32,000 bases of DNA, taken from assembly GCF_021054785.1 (NCBI RefSeq), contig NZ_CP088239.1, positions 450,001-482,000 of the forward strand. The letters run 5' to 3'. The DNA comes from Tannockella kyphosi (GTDB taxonomy: Bacteria; Bacillota_I; Bacilli_A; Erysipelotrichales; Coprobacillaceae). Under the pieces are notes generated by a model. It worked only from the letters and a program-made list of their open reading frames with translations. It had not been told where the DNA came from and searched no databases. Numbering within the stretch: position 1 is the stretch's first letter; every line of letters begins with the position of its first letter. Made by a program: the position numbers and the translations under genes. This document shows positions 9,005-22,422 of the stretch, piece after piece.

Positions 9005-9895
9005 ATGGACAGAAAAGTACGTAAAGCAATTATTCCAGCAGCAGGATTGGGGACAAGATTTTTACCAGCAACAAAAGCATTAGCAAAAGAAATGTTACCA
9101 ATCGTAGATACACCTACGATTCAGTACATTATTGAAGAAGCAGTAGCTAGTGGGATTGAAGAAATTCTAATTATTACTAATTCAAACAAACATTCAATGG
9201 AAAATCACTTTGATACTTCTTATGAGTTAGAAAGTCGTTTAGCAGCATCTGGAAAGCATGATCAAGTGAAACAAATCCGAGACATCGCTAATTTAGCTAA
9301 TATTTATTATATTCGTCAAAAAGAACCTAAAGGATTAGGACATGCAGTATTATGTGCGAAATCATTTATTGGTGATGAACCTTTTGCAGTTTTATTAGGG
9401 GATGATGTTGTTGTTAATAAAGGTGGAGAACCTTCATTAAAACAATTAATTAGTGCATTTGATAAGAAAAGTGCTTCCGTAGTTGGGGTACAAACTGTAC
9501 AAAAAGAAGAAGTGTTTAAATATGGTATTGTCGCTCCTTCAGCTAGTCATTTACCAGAAGGAAGATTAGTTAAATTAACTAGTATGGTAGAAAAGCCAGC
9601 AGTTGAAGAAGCACCTAGTCAATTAGCAGTATTAGGAAGATATATTTTAACACCTGAAATTTTCGAATTATTAGAAACACAAGAAACCGGAGCAGGTGGA
9701 GAAATTCAATTAACGGACGCTATTAAAAGATTAATGGATATGCAAGCTGTTTATGCATATGATTTTGAAGGGATTCGTTATGATGTTGGTGACAAATTTG
9801 GTTTTATAAAAGCAACTATTGATTTTGCTTTAGATAGAGAAGAATTAAAAGAAAAAGTAGAAGCGTATATTAAAGAGTTAGCGAAAGAGGTGTAA
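9005..9895 (+). CDS. galU: UTP--glucose-1-phosphate uridylyltransferase
   Basis: Start moved to the ATG at 9005, which follows AGGAGGA. KAIIPAAGLGTRFLPATKALAKEMLPIVD and LGDD match GalU/GtaB. Confidence 0.92.
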   Translation: MDRKVRKAIIPAAGLGTRFLPATKALAKEMLPIVDTPTIQYIIEEAVASGIEEILIITNSNKHSMENHFDTSYELESRLAASGKHDQVKQIRDIANLANIYYIRQKEPKGLGHAVLCAKSFIGDEPFAVLLGDDVVVNKGGEPSLKQLISAFDKKSASVVGVQTVQKEEVFKYGIVAPSASHLPEGRLVKLTSMVEKPAVEEAPSQLAVLGRYILTPEIFELLETQETGAGGEIQLTDAIKRLMDMQAVYAYDFEGIRYDVGDKFGFIKATIDFALDREELKEKVEAYIKELAKEV

Positions 9896-9898
9896 TAC

Positions 9899-10348
9899 AT
9901 GGGATTCAAAGAAGACATGGAACGTCGTAAACAACAAAAAGAAGCGAGAGATTATTTTAGACAAAATAATGATCAAATAGCGAACACTACTGATTTAATA
10001 AAAGTATTTGTGATGGCAACCCTTTTATCAACAGTAGGTGGTATGATTATTATCTCTATTAATATGATGAGTTATTTGTTTTATGTATTACTTGCTTATG
10101 GGATTGCTTATGGAGTTGCAAAGTTTGTTGATAAATCAACTACAACTGTAAAAGTTATGGCTATTGTAGGTTATTTAATAGGGATTTATTTATCGATTCT
10201 ATTTAATTTTACGGTTCAAATGCAGAGTATTGCGGGCGTGTTTGTGATCGACTTTGGTGTAGCACTAGTAACAATGTTACAAGGGAACCTGTTTAGCTTA
10301 TTATCTTATGTTATAGGTGCTGCTTGTATTTATTTTTTCATTCAATAA
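9899..10348 (+). CDS. Hypothetical membrane protein (about 4 TM helices)
   Basis: The ATG lies 3 nt after the galU stop and follows AGAGGTG. A charged N-terminus is followed by hydrophobic segments. I recognise no family. Confidence 0.55.
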   Translation: MGFKEDMERRKQQKEARDYFRQNNDQIANTTDLIKVFVMATLLSTVGGMIIISINMMSYLFYVLLAYGIAYGVAKFVDKSTTTVKVMAIVGYLIGIYLSILFNFTVQMQSIAGVFVIDFGVALVTMLQGNLFSLLSYVIGAACIYFFIQ

Positions 10349-10376
10349 AGAACGGAATATTTCTGTTCTTTTTTAA
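10349..10376 (+). terminator. Intrinsic terminator of the dprA-like/rhomboid/galU operon
   Basis: agaac (10349-10353) pairs with gttct (10365-10369), followed by a T-run. Confidence 0.5.
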
Positions 10377-10460
10377 TTTTCGTTTTAGGGGAGTTGCAAA
10401 AATCTAGTATTTTTTTATGAATAGGAGTATAATAAAAGAATATAAGGAGGAAGTTATTTT

Positions 10461-13400
10461 ATGTCTAAAAAGTATTTATCAATGGATGGTAATACTGCGG
10501 CTGCACATGTTGCTTATGCCTTTACGGAAGTTGCTAGTATTTATCCAATTACTCCATCATCTCCGATGGCGGAAAATGCAGAGGCTTGGTCTGCACAAGG
10601 GAAAAAGAATATTTTTGGTTCACCTGTAAATGTAATTGAAATGCAATCTGAAGCGGGAGCGGCAGGAGCAGTTCATGGGGCACTACAAGGTGGTACGTTA
10701 GCTACTACTTTTACTGCTTCACAAGGTTTACTATTAATGATTCCTAACCTTTATAAAATTCAAGGAGAATTATTACCAGGGGTTTTCCATGTGGCAGCAC
10801 GTGCGTTGGCTACACGTTCATTAAATATCTTTGGGGATCACCAAGATGTTTATTCTTGCCGTCAAATTGGGGCACCAATGATTTGTTCACATTCTGTACA
10901 AGAAATAATGGATTTAGGGGGAGTAGCACATTTAACTGCTATCAAAGCATCTGTACCTGTAATTCATTTCTTTGATGGGTTTAGAACATCTCATGAAATT
11001 CAAAAAGTAGAAGTGATGGATTACGATGAACTTGCAGGTTTATTAGATCGTGATGCATTAAAGAAATTTAAAGAAAATGCTTTAAATCCACATACTAATC
11101 CAGTAGAACGTGGTGGAGCAGAAAATGATGATATTTATTTCCAAGGGAGAGAAGCTCAAAATAAACATTATGAAGCTGTAATTGATGTTACTGCAGATTA
11201 TATGGAGAAAATTTCAAAAATCACTGGTAGACATTATGCACCATTTACTTATTATGGAGCACCAGATGCATCAAGAGTGATTATTGCGATGGGTTCAGTA
11301 ACAGAAACAATCATTGAAACTGTTGATGAATTAAATGCAAAGGGAGAAAAAGTTGGTTTAGTGAAAGTACATTTATATAGACCTTTCTCACCAAAACATT
11401 TATTAAGTGTTTTACCAGCTACTGTAAAAGAAGTTGCTGTATTAGATCGTACTAAAGAAATGGGATCTACAGGAGAACCTTTATACTTAGATGTAGTGTC
11501 TGTATTAAAAGATGTTGCTCATGTTGAAACTATTATTGGTGGACGTTATGGTATGGGAAGTAAGGATACTACTCCTAGTCATATTAAAGCTGTATATGAT
11601 CATTTATCTAAATCAAATCCTCATAATTCTTTCACTATTGGTATTAATGATGATGTTACTAATTTATCATTAGCACCAGATGAAAGTTTCAAAGTAGATG
11701 CTGATTATTCTGCTTGTTTATTCTATGGTTTAGGATCAGATGGGACAGTATCAGCTAATAAGTCTTCTATTAAAATTATCGGGGATCATACTGATTTATA
11801 TTCTCAAGCATATTTTGCATATGATTCTAAAAAAGCTGGAGGAGCTACTAGAAGTAATTTACGTTTTGGTCATTCTCCAATTCGAGCTACATATTATGTA
11901 AATAATGCAGACTTTGTTTCATGTTCTTTGGATAATTATGTATTAAAGTATGATATGTTGAAAAATCTTAAAGTGGGTGGGTCATTCTTATTGAATACTG
12001 CATTTACTAAAGAAGAAATTGAAAATTATTTACCTAATCGAGTAAAAAAACAATTAGCAACATTAAAAGCGAAGTTCTATATTATTGATGCTAATAAAAT
12101 TGCAGAATCAATTGGTATGGGTAGAAGAACAAATACTATTTTACAATCTGCATTCTTTGCATTAAATCCTCAAATTTTACCTATCGAAGAAGCTGTTAAT
12201 TATATGAAAGAAATGGCTAAGAAAACTTATGGTAAAAAAGGTGATGCTGTTGTTGAATTAAACTATAAAGCAATTGATGCTGGTTTAGGGGCAATTGAAG
12301 AAGTGATTATCAAACCTGAATGGGCTGAATTAACAGTTGGTGAAAGAAATAATCGTATTGGCGATGAACATTTTGATGATTTCGTAACTGTTATTAATGA
12401 ATTAGAAGGATATAGTTTGCCAGTTTCTGCATTTATGGATAAATTAGATGGTTCTATGCAATCTGGTGTGGCTATTAAAGAAAAACGTACTATCGCTACA
12501 ATGGTTCCTAAATGGAACAAAGATGCATGTATTCAATGTAACAACTGTGTTATGGTTTGTCCTCATGCAACAGTTCGTGCTTTCTTATTAGATGATACAG
12601 AATTAGAAAATGCACCAGAAGATATTAGTGATGATGTATTAAAACCAATGGGTAGAAATGTTGATGGTTTAGTATACCGTATCCAAGTTTCTCCAGATAA
12701 CTGTGTGGGTTGTGGTTTATGCGTTGTTGAATGTCCAGGTAAAGCTGGTGAAAAAGCATTAGAAATGGTACCAGTAAAAGAAGAGTTGAAACATGCTCCT
12801 TTAGCTGATTACTTATATGCAAAAGTGGAATATAAAGCAGATAGATATCCTACTTCTACTGCAAAGGGTGTTGGTTTCATGAGACCTTACTTTGAAGTTT
12901 CAGGTGCTTGTGGTGGATGTGGAGAAACTCCATACTATCGTTTGGCTTCTCAATTATTTGGTAAGGATATGATGATTGCAAATGCAACAGGATGTAGTTC
13001 TATTTATAGTGGTTCTACTCCATCAACTCCATGTACTGTAGATCCTGATGGACATGGTCCAGCATGGGCGAATTCTTTATTTGAAGATAATGCTGAATAT
13101 GGTTTTGGTATGAAACTTGCTGAAAATTATAAAGCTGGTCATATGGTTAGTATTATGGAAGAAAATAAAGATGCATGTGAACCTGAGTTAAAAGAAGCTT
13201 TAGAAACATATATTGCAAACAAAGGAAACCGTGAAGAAGAAAGAAAACTTGCTAGTTCAATTTTAGAATTAGTTGCTGCTTCAAAAAATGAAGGAATTAA
13301 AGAAGTGTTGAATCATGAAGGTGACTTAGTTTCAAAATCACAATGGATTATTGGTGGAGACGGATGGGCTTATGACATTGGTTATGGTGGTGTAGATCAC

Positions 13401-13979
13401 GTTTTAGCGAATAATGAAAATGTAAATATTTTGATTTTGGACACAGAAGTGTATTCAAATACAGGTGGGCAATCTTCTAAATCATCACAAGCAGGTTCAA
13501 TTGCTAAATTTACTGCTGGCGGAAAACGCGTTGCTAAAAAAGACTTAGCACAAATTGCAATGGCTTATGGACATGTGTATGTTGCTCAAGTTTCTATGGG
13601 GGCAAACATTCCTCAAACAATCAAAGCGTTTAAAGAAGCGGAAAGCTATAATGGACCTTCTGTAATTATTGCTTATTCTCCATGTATGGAACATGGTATA
13701 AGAGGTGGATTAGCAAACCATCAAAAACAACAAAAAGAAGCTGTTGCTTGTGGGTACTTTAACTTATTACGTTATGACCCAAGATTAGAAGATGCTGGTA
13801 AAAATCCATTACAAGTAGATTCGAAAACTCCAGACTTTACTAAATTCCAAGATTTCTTATTATCTGAAAACCGTTTTGCTCAGTTATATAAGATAAATCC
13901 AGATCATGCAAAAGATTTAATGGAAAAATGTGAGGCTGATGCATCTAAACGTAGACAACGTCTAGAAAGAATGCTTTAA
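10461..13979 (+). CDS. nifJ: Pyruvate:ferredoxin (flavodoxin) oxidoreductase, single-polypeptide type
   Basis: 1172 aa. AAGGAGG lies upstream. Two ferredoxin-type clusters are present (CIQCNNCVMVCPH and CVGCGLCVVECP), as is the TPP-binding GGDGWAYDIGYGG...DTEVYSNTGGQ. The domain order I-VI is typical of PFOR/NifJ. Confidence 0.95.
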   Translation: MSKKYLSMDGNTAAAHVAYAFTEVASIYPITPSSPMAENAEAWSAQGKKNIFGSPVNVIEMQSEAGAAGAVHGALQGGTLATTFTASQGLLLMIPNLYKIQGELLPGVFHVAARALATRSLNIFGDHQDVYSCRQIGAPMICSHSVQEIMDLGGVAHLTAIKASVPVIHFFDGFRTSHEIQKVEVMDYDELAGLLDRDALKKFKENALNPHTNPVERGGAENDDIYFQGREAQNKHYEAVIDVTADYMEKISKITGRHYAPFTYYGAPDASRVIIAMGSVTETIIETVDELNAKGEKVGLVKVHLYRPFSPKHLLSVLPATVKEVAVLDRTKEMGSTGEPLYLDVVSVLKDVAHVETIIGGRYGMGSKDTTPSHIKAVYDHLSKSNPHNSFTIGINDDVTNLSLAPDESFKVDADYSACLFYGLGSDGTVSANKSSIKIIGDHTDLYSQAYFAYDSKKAGGATRSNLRFGHSPIRATYYVNNADFVSCSLDNYVLKYDMLKNLKVGGSFLLNTAFTKEEIENYLPNRVKKQLATLKAKFYIIDANKIAESIGMGRRTNTILQSAFFALNPQILPIEEAVNYMKEMAKKTYGKKGDAVVELNYKAIDAGLGAIEEVIIKPEWAELTVGERNNRIGDEHFDDFVTVINELEGYSLPVSAFMDKLDGSMQSGVAIKEKRTIATMVPKWNKDACIQCNNCVMVCPHATVRAFLLDDTELENAPEDISDDVLKPMGRNVDGLVYRIQVSPDNCVGCGLCVVECPGKAGEKALEMVPVKEELKHAPLADYLYAKVEYKADRYPTSTAKGVGFMRPYFEVSGACGGCGETPYYRLASQLFGKDMMIANATGCSSIYSGSTPSTPCTVDPDGHGPAWANSLFEDNAEYGFGMKLAENYKAGHMVSIMEENKDACEPELKEALETYIANKGNREEERKLASSILELVAASKNEGIKEVLNHEGDLVSKSQWIIGGDGWAYDIGYGGVDHVLANNENVNILILDTEVYSNTGGQSSKSSQAGSIAKFTAGGKRVAKKDLAQIAMAYGHVYVAQVSMGANIPQTIKAFKEAESYNGPSVIIAYSPCMEHGIRGGLANHQKQQKEAVACGYFNLLRYDPRLEDAGKNPLQVDSKTPDFTKFQDFLLSENRFAQLYKINPDHAKDLMEKCEADASKRRQRLERML

Positions 13980-13983
13980 TTTA

Positions 13984-14011
13984 AAACCAACTCGAAAGAG
14001 TTGGTTTTTTT
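13984..14011 (+). terminator. Intrinsic terminator of the PFOR gene
   Basis: aaaccaactc (13984-13993) pairs perfectly with gagttggttt (13998-14007) across a GAAA loop, followed by a T-run. Confidence 0.85.
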
Positions 14012-14135
14012 AAAGTTCATTTTACAAGTTGAGGGTGCAAAAATATTCAAAAGTAAATTTATCTAGCTATAACGACAAATTTCAAATTATCGTTAACAAT
14101 ATCACTAAATAAGTATATTTTTTTTAGAAAATCTA

Positions 14136-14164
14136 TTTACAAATTAAAAATATTATGATATTAT
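14136..14164 (+). promoter_or_regulatory. Candidate rRNA promoter P1
   Basis: TTTACA (14136-14141), 17-nt spacer, TGa-TATTAT extended -10 (14156-14164), with an A/T-rich UP-like tract upstream. Confidence 0.45.
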
Positions 14165-14230
14165 TTTTAAGCACTCCAACAAGAGCACTGATTTGTTGAA
14201 AAATTCAAGTATGAAAAGTTCAAAAAGTCA

Positions 14231-14259
14231 TTGACAAAAAAGAGTGAATCAAGTATTAT
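14231..14259 (+). promoter_or_regulatory. Candidate rRNA promoter P2
   Basis: Consensus TTGACA (14231-14236), 17-nt spacer, TATTAT (14254-14259), about 145 nt upstream of 16S. Confidence 0.55.
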
Positions 14260-14290
14260 AAACAAGTCGGCAAAAACAAAAGACGACAAG

Positions 14291-14313
14291 AGAGATCATT
14301 GAAAACTAAACAG
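14291..14313 (+). promoter_or_regulatory. rRNA leader boxA-like antitermination element plus 5' half of the 16S processing stem
   Basis: agagatcattgaaaact (14291-14307) recurs identically at 16016-16032 and resembles the Bacillus boxA core (tTCTTTGAAAACT). aaaactaaacag (14302-14313) is perfectly complementary to ctgtttagtttt (15986-15997) just 3' of 16S. Confidence 0.6.
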
Positions 14314-14403
14314 AAAAACTAAGAATTAAAAACACAACGTCAATATCCAAAAGGATAAAAAACAAAAGCAAAAGAGCTAGAAAACAACGAAGTTGTTTAC
14401 ATA

Positions 14404-15932
<1,529 letters not shown>

Positions 15933-15985
15933 AGGAGTAAAACAAAAAACAAGGTAGTAACCAAAGTTGTGAATTCGAAAAATTT

Positions 15986-16032
15986 CTGTTTAGTTTTGAG
16001 TGAAACTCTCACTCAAGAGATCATTGAAAACT
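15986..16032 (+). promoter_or_regulatory. 16S-23S spacer elements: 3' half of the 16S stem, a hairpin and a second boxA-like copy
   Basis: ctgtttagtttt (15986-15997) complements 14302-14313. A hairpin forms between ttgagtga (15996-16003) and tcactcaa (16009-16016). agagatcattgaaaact lies at 16016-16032. Confidence 0.6.
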
Positions 16033-16250
16033 GGATAACAAATTGCGAAATAGATTAGAAAAAGAGATCGAAAGATTAAAACCAGAATAATTAATAAATT
16101 AAGAATTGTGGTCTTTCTAGTTTAAGTCGAAAAACTAAGATTATTATTAAAAAAGACACCAAAAAATACGAACGTATAAATAGTCAAAAAAAATAGTAAC
16201 TCAAGCAAACAAAAAACAAAAAAAGTGTACGAAAGTACAACACACCAATA

Positions 16251-19155
<2,905 letters not shown>

Positions 19156-19246
19156 AACGGTTAAACGCTTGAAGATAAAAACAAAGAAAGAATCGAATTT
19201 AAAAAGCAATTGTTATCTAGTTTTGAGTGATTTCACTCAAGAAGAA

Positions 19247-19354
19247 TCTGGTAGTGATGGCATGATGGACACACCTGTTCCCATCCCGAACACAGAAGTT
19301 AAGCATCATAACGGCGACGATAGTACTAAGGTGCAACAATAGCAAACTGCCAGT
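19247..19354 (+). rRNA. rrf: 5S ribosomal RNA (short form, about 108 nt)
   Basis: TCTGGTAGTGATGGC...CCTGTTCCCATCCCGAACACAGAAGTTAAGC...ACTGCCAG. The terminal helix pairs 19248-19255 with 19346-19353. The conserved loop C/helix III sequence is present. Confidence 0.9.
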
Positions 19355-19361
19355 TTCATCC

Positions 19362-19388
19362 GACATCCATTTGGATGTCTTTTTTTTA
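19362..19388 (+). terminator. Intrinsic terminator of the rRNA operon
   Basis: gacatcc (19362-19368) pairs with ggatgtc (19373-19379) across a 4-nt loop, followed by T9. Confidence 0.85.
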
Positions 19389-19433
19389 TCCAAAATTATC
19401 GAAAGTATAACAGTAACTTCAACAACAAATGGA

Positions 19434-19464
19434 CACAAAAAAAAGCAAGTAAACACTTGCTTTT
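19434..19464 (-). terminator. Intrinsic terminator of ptsI
   Basis: On the minus strand, aagcaagt/acttgctt (19443-19450 / 19455-19462) is followed by a T-run (the complement of the A-run at 19436-19444), a few nt after the ptsI stop. Confidence 0.8.
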
Positions 19465-19470
19465 ATGTAT

Positions 19471-21183
19471 TTATTTTATTTCAACTGCTGCTTCAACTAA
19501 TGCTACTACTTCTTCCATAGTACCACATTCTAATGCTTTAGCAGCTAATTCATTCATTTCTGATTTATTCATACTTCTAATTAATTTTCTTTGAGATAAA
19601 ATAGAAGTAGCAGACATTGAGAATTCATCTAGTCCTAAACCAATTAATAATGGAGCAGCAATAGCTTCACCAGCCATTTCTCCACACATACCAGCCCATT
19701 TACCTTCAGCGTGTGCTGCATCAACTACATTTTTAACTAAACGTAAAATTGATGGGTTGAATGGTTGATATAAATAAGAAATTGATGTTGACATTCTGTC
19801 AGCAGCAAATGTATATTGAATTAAGTCATTTGTTCCAATAGAGAAGAAATCAACTTCTTTAGCAAATTGATCTGCTAAAACAGCAGCAGCAGGAATTTCA
19901 ATCATAATACCTACTTGGAAAGTATCTGAAACTTCAATACCTTCAGCAACTAATTTTTCTTTTTCTTCCATTAAGATTCCTTTAGCTTTTCTAAATTCAC
20001 CTAATGTAGCAATCATAGGGAACATAATTCTTAAATCTCCATAAACAGAAGCTCTAAGTAATGCTCTAAGTTGTGTTCTAAAGATTTCATCTTCTTGGAA
20101 ACATAAACGAATTGCACGTACCCCTAAGAATGGATTCATTTCTTTTGGTAAATCAATAGCATCTAGCTCTTTATCTCCACCAATATCTAATGTACGAACA
20201 ACAACAGGTTTACCAGTTAATCCTTCTAATACAGCTTTATAAGCAACAAATTGTTCTTCTTCAGTTGGTAATTGAGCTGATTCCATATATAAGAATTCTG
20301 TTCTATATAAACCAACACCTTCTCCACCATTTTCAATAACAGCTTCTAAATCTTTTGGAGAACCAATATTTGCAACTAATTCTACATGATGACCATCTAG
20401 AGTTACAGATTCTTCATCTTTTAATTTTTTCAATTCTTCTTTATAAGCAATAAATGCATTTCTTTTTTCTGTATATTCTTCAATTTGTTCTTTTGAAGGA
20501 TTTACAATAACGATCCCCTCACTACCATCTAAGATAACCATATCATCGTTATTTACAGATTCTGTAATTGTGTTCATTGCAACAACTGCTGGAATTTCCA
20601 TACTTCTAGCTAAAATAGCTGAATGGGAAGTTCTTCCACCAATGTTAGTAGCAAAACCACGAACTAAGTTTTTATTTAATTGAGCAGTATCTGATGGTGT
20701 TAAATCATCAGCAATAACAACTACTTCTTCATTAATTAATGAAGGATTCGGTAAATCTTTACCTAATAATTTTGCAATTAATCTAGTAGATACATCACGA
20801 ATATCTGCTGCTCTTTCTTTGAAATATTCATCATCCATAGATTCAAACATACCAATAAACATATCTGATACTTCTTTTAAAGCTGCATCAGCATTGATGT
20901 TTTCACCAGTTATTTTTCCTTCAACTTGACTTTTTAGTTCAGGATCACTTAAAACTAGCGCATGAGCATCGAAAATTGCTGCTTCTTCTTCAGATAAGTT
21001 TTTCATTGCAACTTCTTTGATTGTCACAAGATCTTTAGCAACCTCTTCTACTGCTACACTGTAACGGGCAATTTCTGCAGTCACATCACTTACTGTAGTT
21101 TTTGTAATAGTTAAATCTGGCATATCTAATTTATATACCTTTGCAATAGCTATACCGCTTGATGCGGCGATTCCTTTTTTCAT
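19471..21183 (-). CDS. ptsI: Phosphoenolpyruvate-protein phosphotransferase (PTS enzyme I)
   Basis: 570 aa. Features seen: the HPr-binding N-domain, the phospho-His motif [13 protein letters not shown] and the PEP-binding C-domain ([25 protein letters not shown]). GGAGGTG lies upstream of the ATG. Confidence 0.96.
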   Translation of the reverse strand: MKKGIAASSGIAIAKVYKLDMPDLTITKTTVSDVTAEIARYSVAVEEVAKDLVTIKEVAMKNLSEEEAAIFDAHALVLSDPELKSQVEGKITGENINADAALKEVSDMFIGMFESMDDEYFKERAADIRDVSTRLIAKLLGKDLPNPSLINEEVVVIADDLTPSDTAQLNKNLVRGFATNIGGRTSHSAILARSMEIPAVVAMNTITESVNNDDMVILDGSEGIVIVNPSKEQIEEYTEKRNAFIAYKEELKKLKDEESVTLDGHHVELVANIGSPKDLEAVIENGGEGVGLYRTEFLYMESAQLPTEEEQFVAYKAVLEGLTGKPVVVRTLDIGGDKELDAIDLPKEMNPFLGVRAIRLCFQEDEIFRTQLRALLRASVYGDLRIMFPMIATLGEFRKAKGILMEEKEKLVAEGIEVSDTFQVGIMIEIPAAAVLADQFAKEVDFFSIGTNDLIQYTFAADRMSTSISYLYQPFNPSILRLVKNVVDAAHAEGKWAGMCGEMAGEAIAAPLLIGLGLDEFSMSATSILSQRKLIRSMNKSEMNELAAKALECGTMEEVVALVEAAVEIK

Positions 21184-21296
21184 ACAAACACCTCCACGGA
21201 TATTTTACAATATTTGTTAAAAAAAAGAAAGAAAAAATTGGTTAATGTGAATAAAAAAACATATTTAAATTTAGCTTTTTCTAGCTTGTTTATTTG

Positions 21297-21323
21297 AATT
21301 CGAAAATGCTTTCATTTCGAATT
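21297..21323. promoter_or_regulatory. Candidate operator: AATTCGAAA-N9-TTTCGAATT palindrome in the ptsI/nagB divergent region
   Basis: A perfect 9-bp inverted repeat (21297-21305 / 21315-21323). It is centred about 127 nt from the ptsI start and about 124 nt from the nagB start. The central tgaaagcattttcg (minus strand) is a two-mismatch match to a cre-like TGWAANCGNTNWCA word. Confidence 0.35.
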
Positions 21324-21344
21324 TAATAAAGAATAAGGGAATGC

Positions 21345-21372
21345 TTACATTTTTTGAAAAAAATCTTATAAT
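21345..21372 (+). promoter_or_regulatory. Candidate sigma-A promoter of nagB
   Basis: TTACAT (21345-21350), 16-nt spacer, TATAAT (21367-21372). Confidence 0.4.
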
Positions 21373-21433
21373 ATTTGCAGTTTGTAATATTTAATAGTAT
21401 TATATATGAGTAAGCAAAACGGAGGACGAAACA

Positions 21434-22168
21434 ATGAAATTAATTATTGCAGACAGTTATGAAGCAGCAAGCTTAGAAGCTTCAAAAATTTTATTAGAAC
21501 AAATTAAAGAAAATCCAAGTAGTCATTTAGGTTTAGCAACAGGGTCAACACCTTTAAAACTATATGAATACATGGTAGCTGATTTTAAAGAAAACGGGAC
21601 TTCTTATAAAGACATCAAATCATTCAATTTAGATGAATACTTTGGATTAGAAGGAACTCATCCACAAAGTTATCGTTATTTCATGATGGAAAACCTATTC
21701 AATCATGTTGATATCTTACCAGAAAATATTCATGTACCTGCTGGACAAGGGGATATTCAAGAAAATTGTGATGCATATAATGCTATGTTAGCAACTGAAG
21801 GAGTAGATTTACAATTATTAGGAATTGGATCAAATGGTCATATTGGATTTAATGAACCAGGAACTCCTTTTACTCAAGTAACTCATTGTATTGAATTAGA
21901 AGAAGGAACTAGACAAGATAACGCTCGTTTATTCTTTGATGGTAATATTGATGAAGTACCTACTCATGCAGTAACAATGGGAATTAAAAATATTATGGAT
22001 TCAAAAAAAGTTTTATTAATGGCTTTTGGAGAAAACAAAGCAGAACCTATTCGTGTTTTAGTAGAAGGTGAAGTTTCTGTTGATGTACCAGCTTCTGTAT
22101 TACAAAATCACCCAGATGTAACTATCATTATTGATAAAGCAGCAGCTAGTAAATTAACTAAAAAATAA
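21434..22168 (+). CDS. nagB: Glucosamine-6-phosphate deaminase
   Basis: 244 aa. GLATGSTP, NLDEY and LLGIGSNGHIGFNEPG are NagB signatures. GGAGGA lies upstream. Confidence 0.93.
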   Translation: MKLIIADSYEAASLEASKILLEQIKENPSSHLGLATGSTPLKLYEYMVADFKENGTSYKDIKSFNLDEYFGLEGTHPQSYRYFMMENLFNHVDILPENIHVPAGQGDIQENCDAYNAMLATEGVDLQLLGIGSNGHIGFNEPGTPFTQVTHCIELEEGTRQDNARLFFDGNIDEVPTHAVTMGIKNIMDSKKVLLMAFGENKAEPIRVLVEGEVSVDVPASVLQNHPDVTIIIDKAAASKLTKK

Positions 22169-22178
22169 AATAACTTAA

Positions 22179-22202
22179 ACACCATTTATATGGTGTTTTT
22201 TG
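22179..22202 (+). terminator. Intrinsic terminator of nagB
   Basis: acaccat (22179-22185) pairs with atggtgt (22190-22196) across a 4-nt loop, followed by a T-run. Confidence 0.8.
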
Positions 22203-22422
22203 TTGTTTAAAAGTTGCTTAAAAATAGAAATCCTTTATACTAATAGAGAGCTAACTATATAAAAGTCAAGTAGCTTTATGAAAAAGTTTGAAAATTATAG
22301 TTATTTGATAAATGTTAGTTAAAGAGTAAAGAGATCTTTGAAAATATGAATATGTGCTTGTTTTTTGGCACAATGAAAACACCTTCTTATAAAGAAAGTT
22401 GTGTGAAACATTTCACATATAC

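Noticed and set aside
10417-10629. A 70-aa ORF overlapping the PFOR start, and the 62-aa ORF at 29325-29513 inside rubrerythrin.
   Set aside because: They are alternative-frame overlaps of strongly supported genes. They have no RBS and implausible basic, low-complexity sequences.
15933-16250. I looked for tRNA-Ile/tRNA-Ala genes in the 16S-23S spacer and for tRNAs after 5S.
   Set aside because: The spacer is A-rich with no cloverleaf-capable segment or GTTCGAATC-like T-loop. A terminator directly follows 5S.
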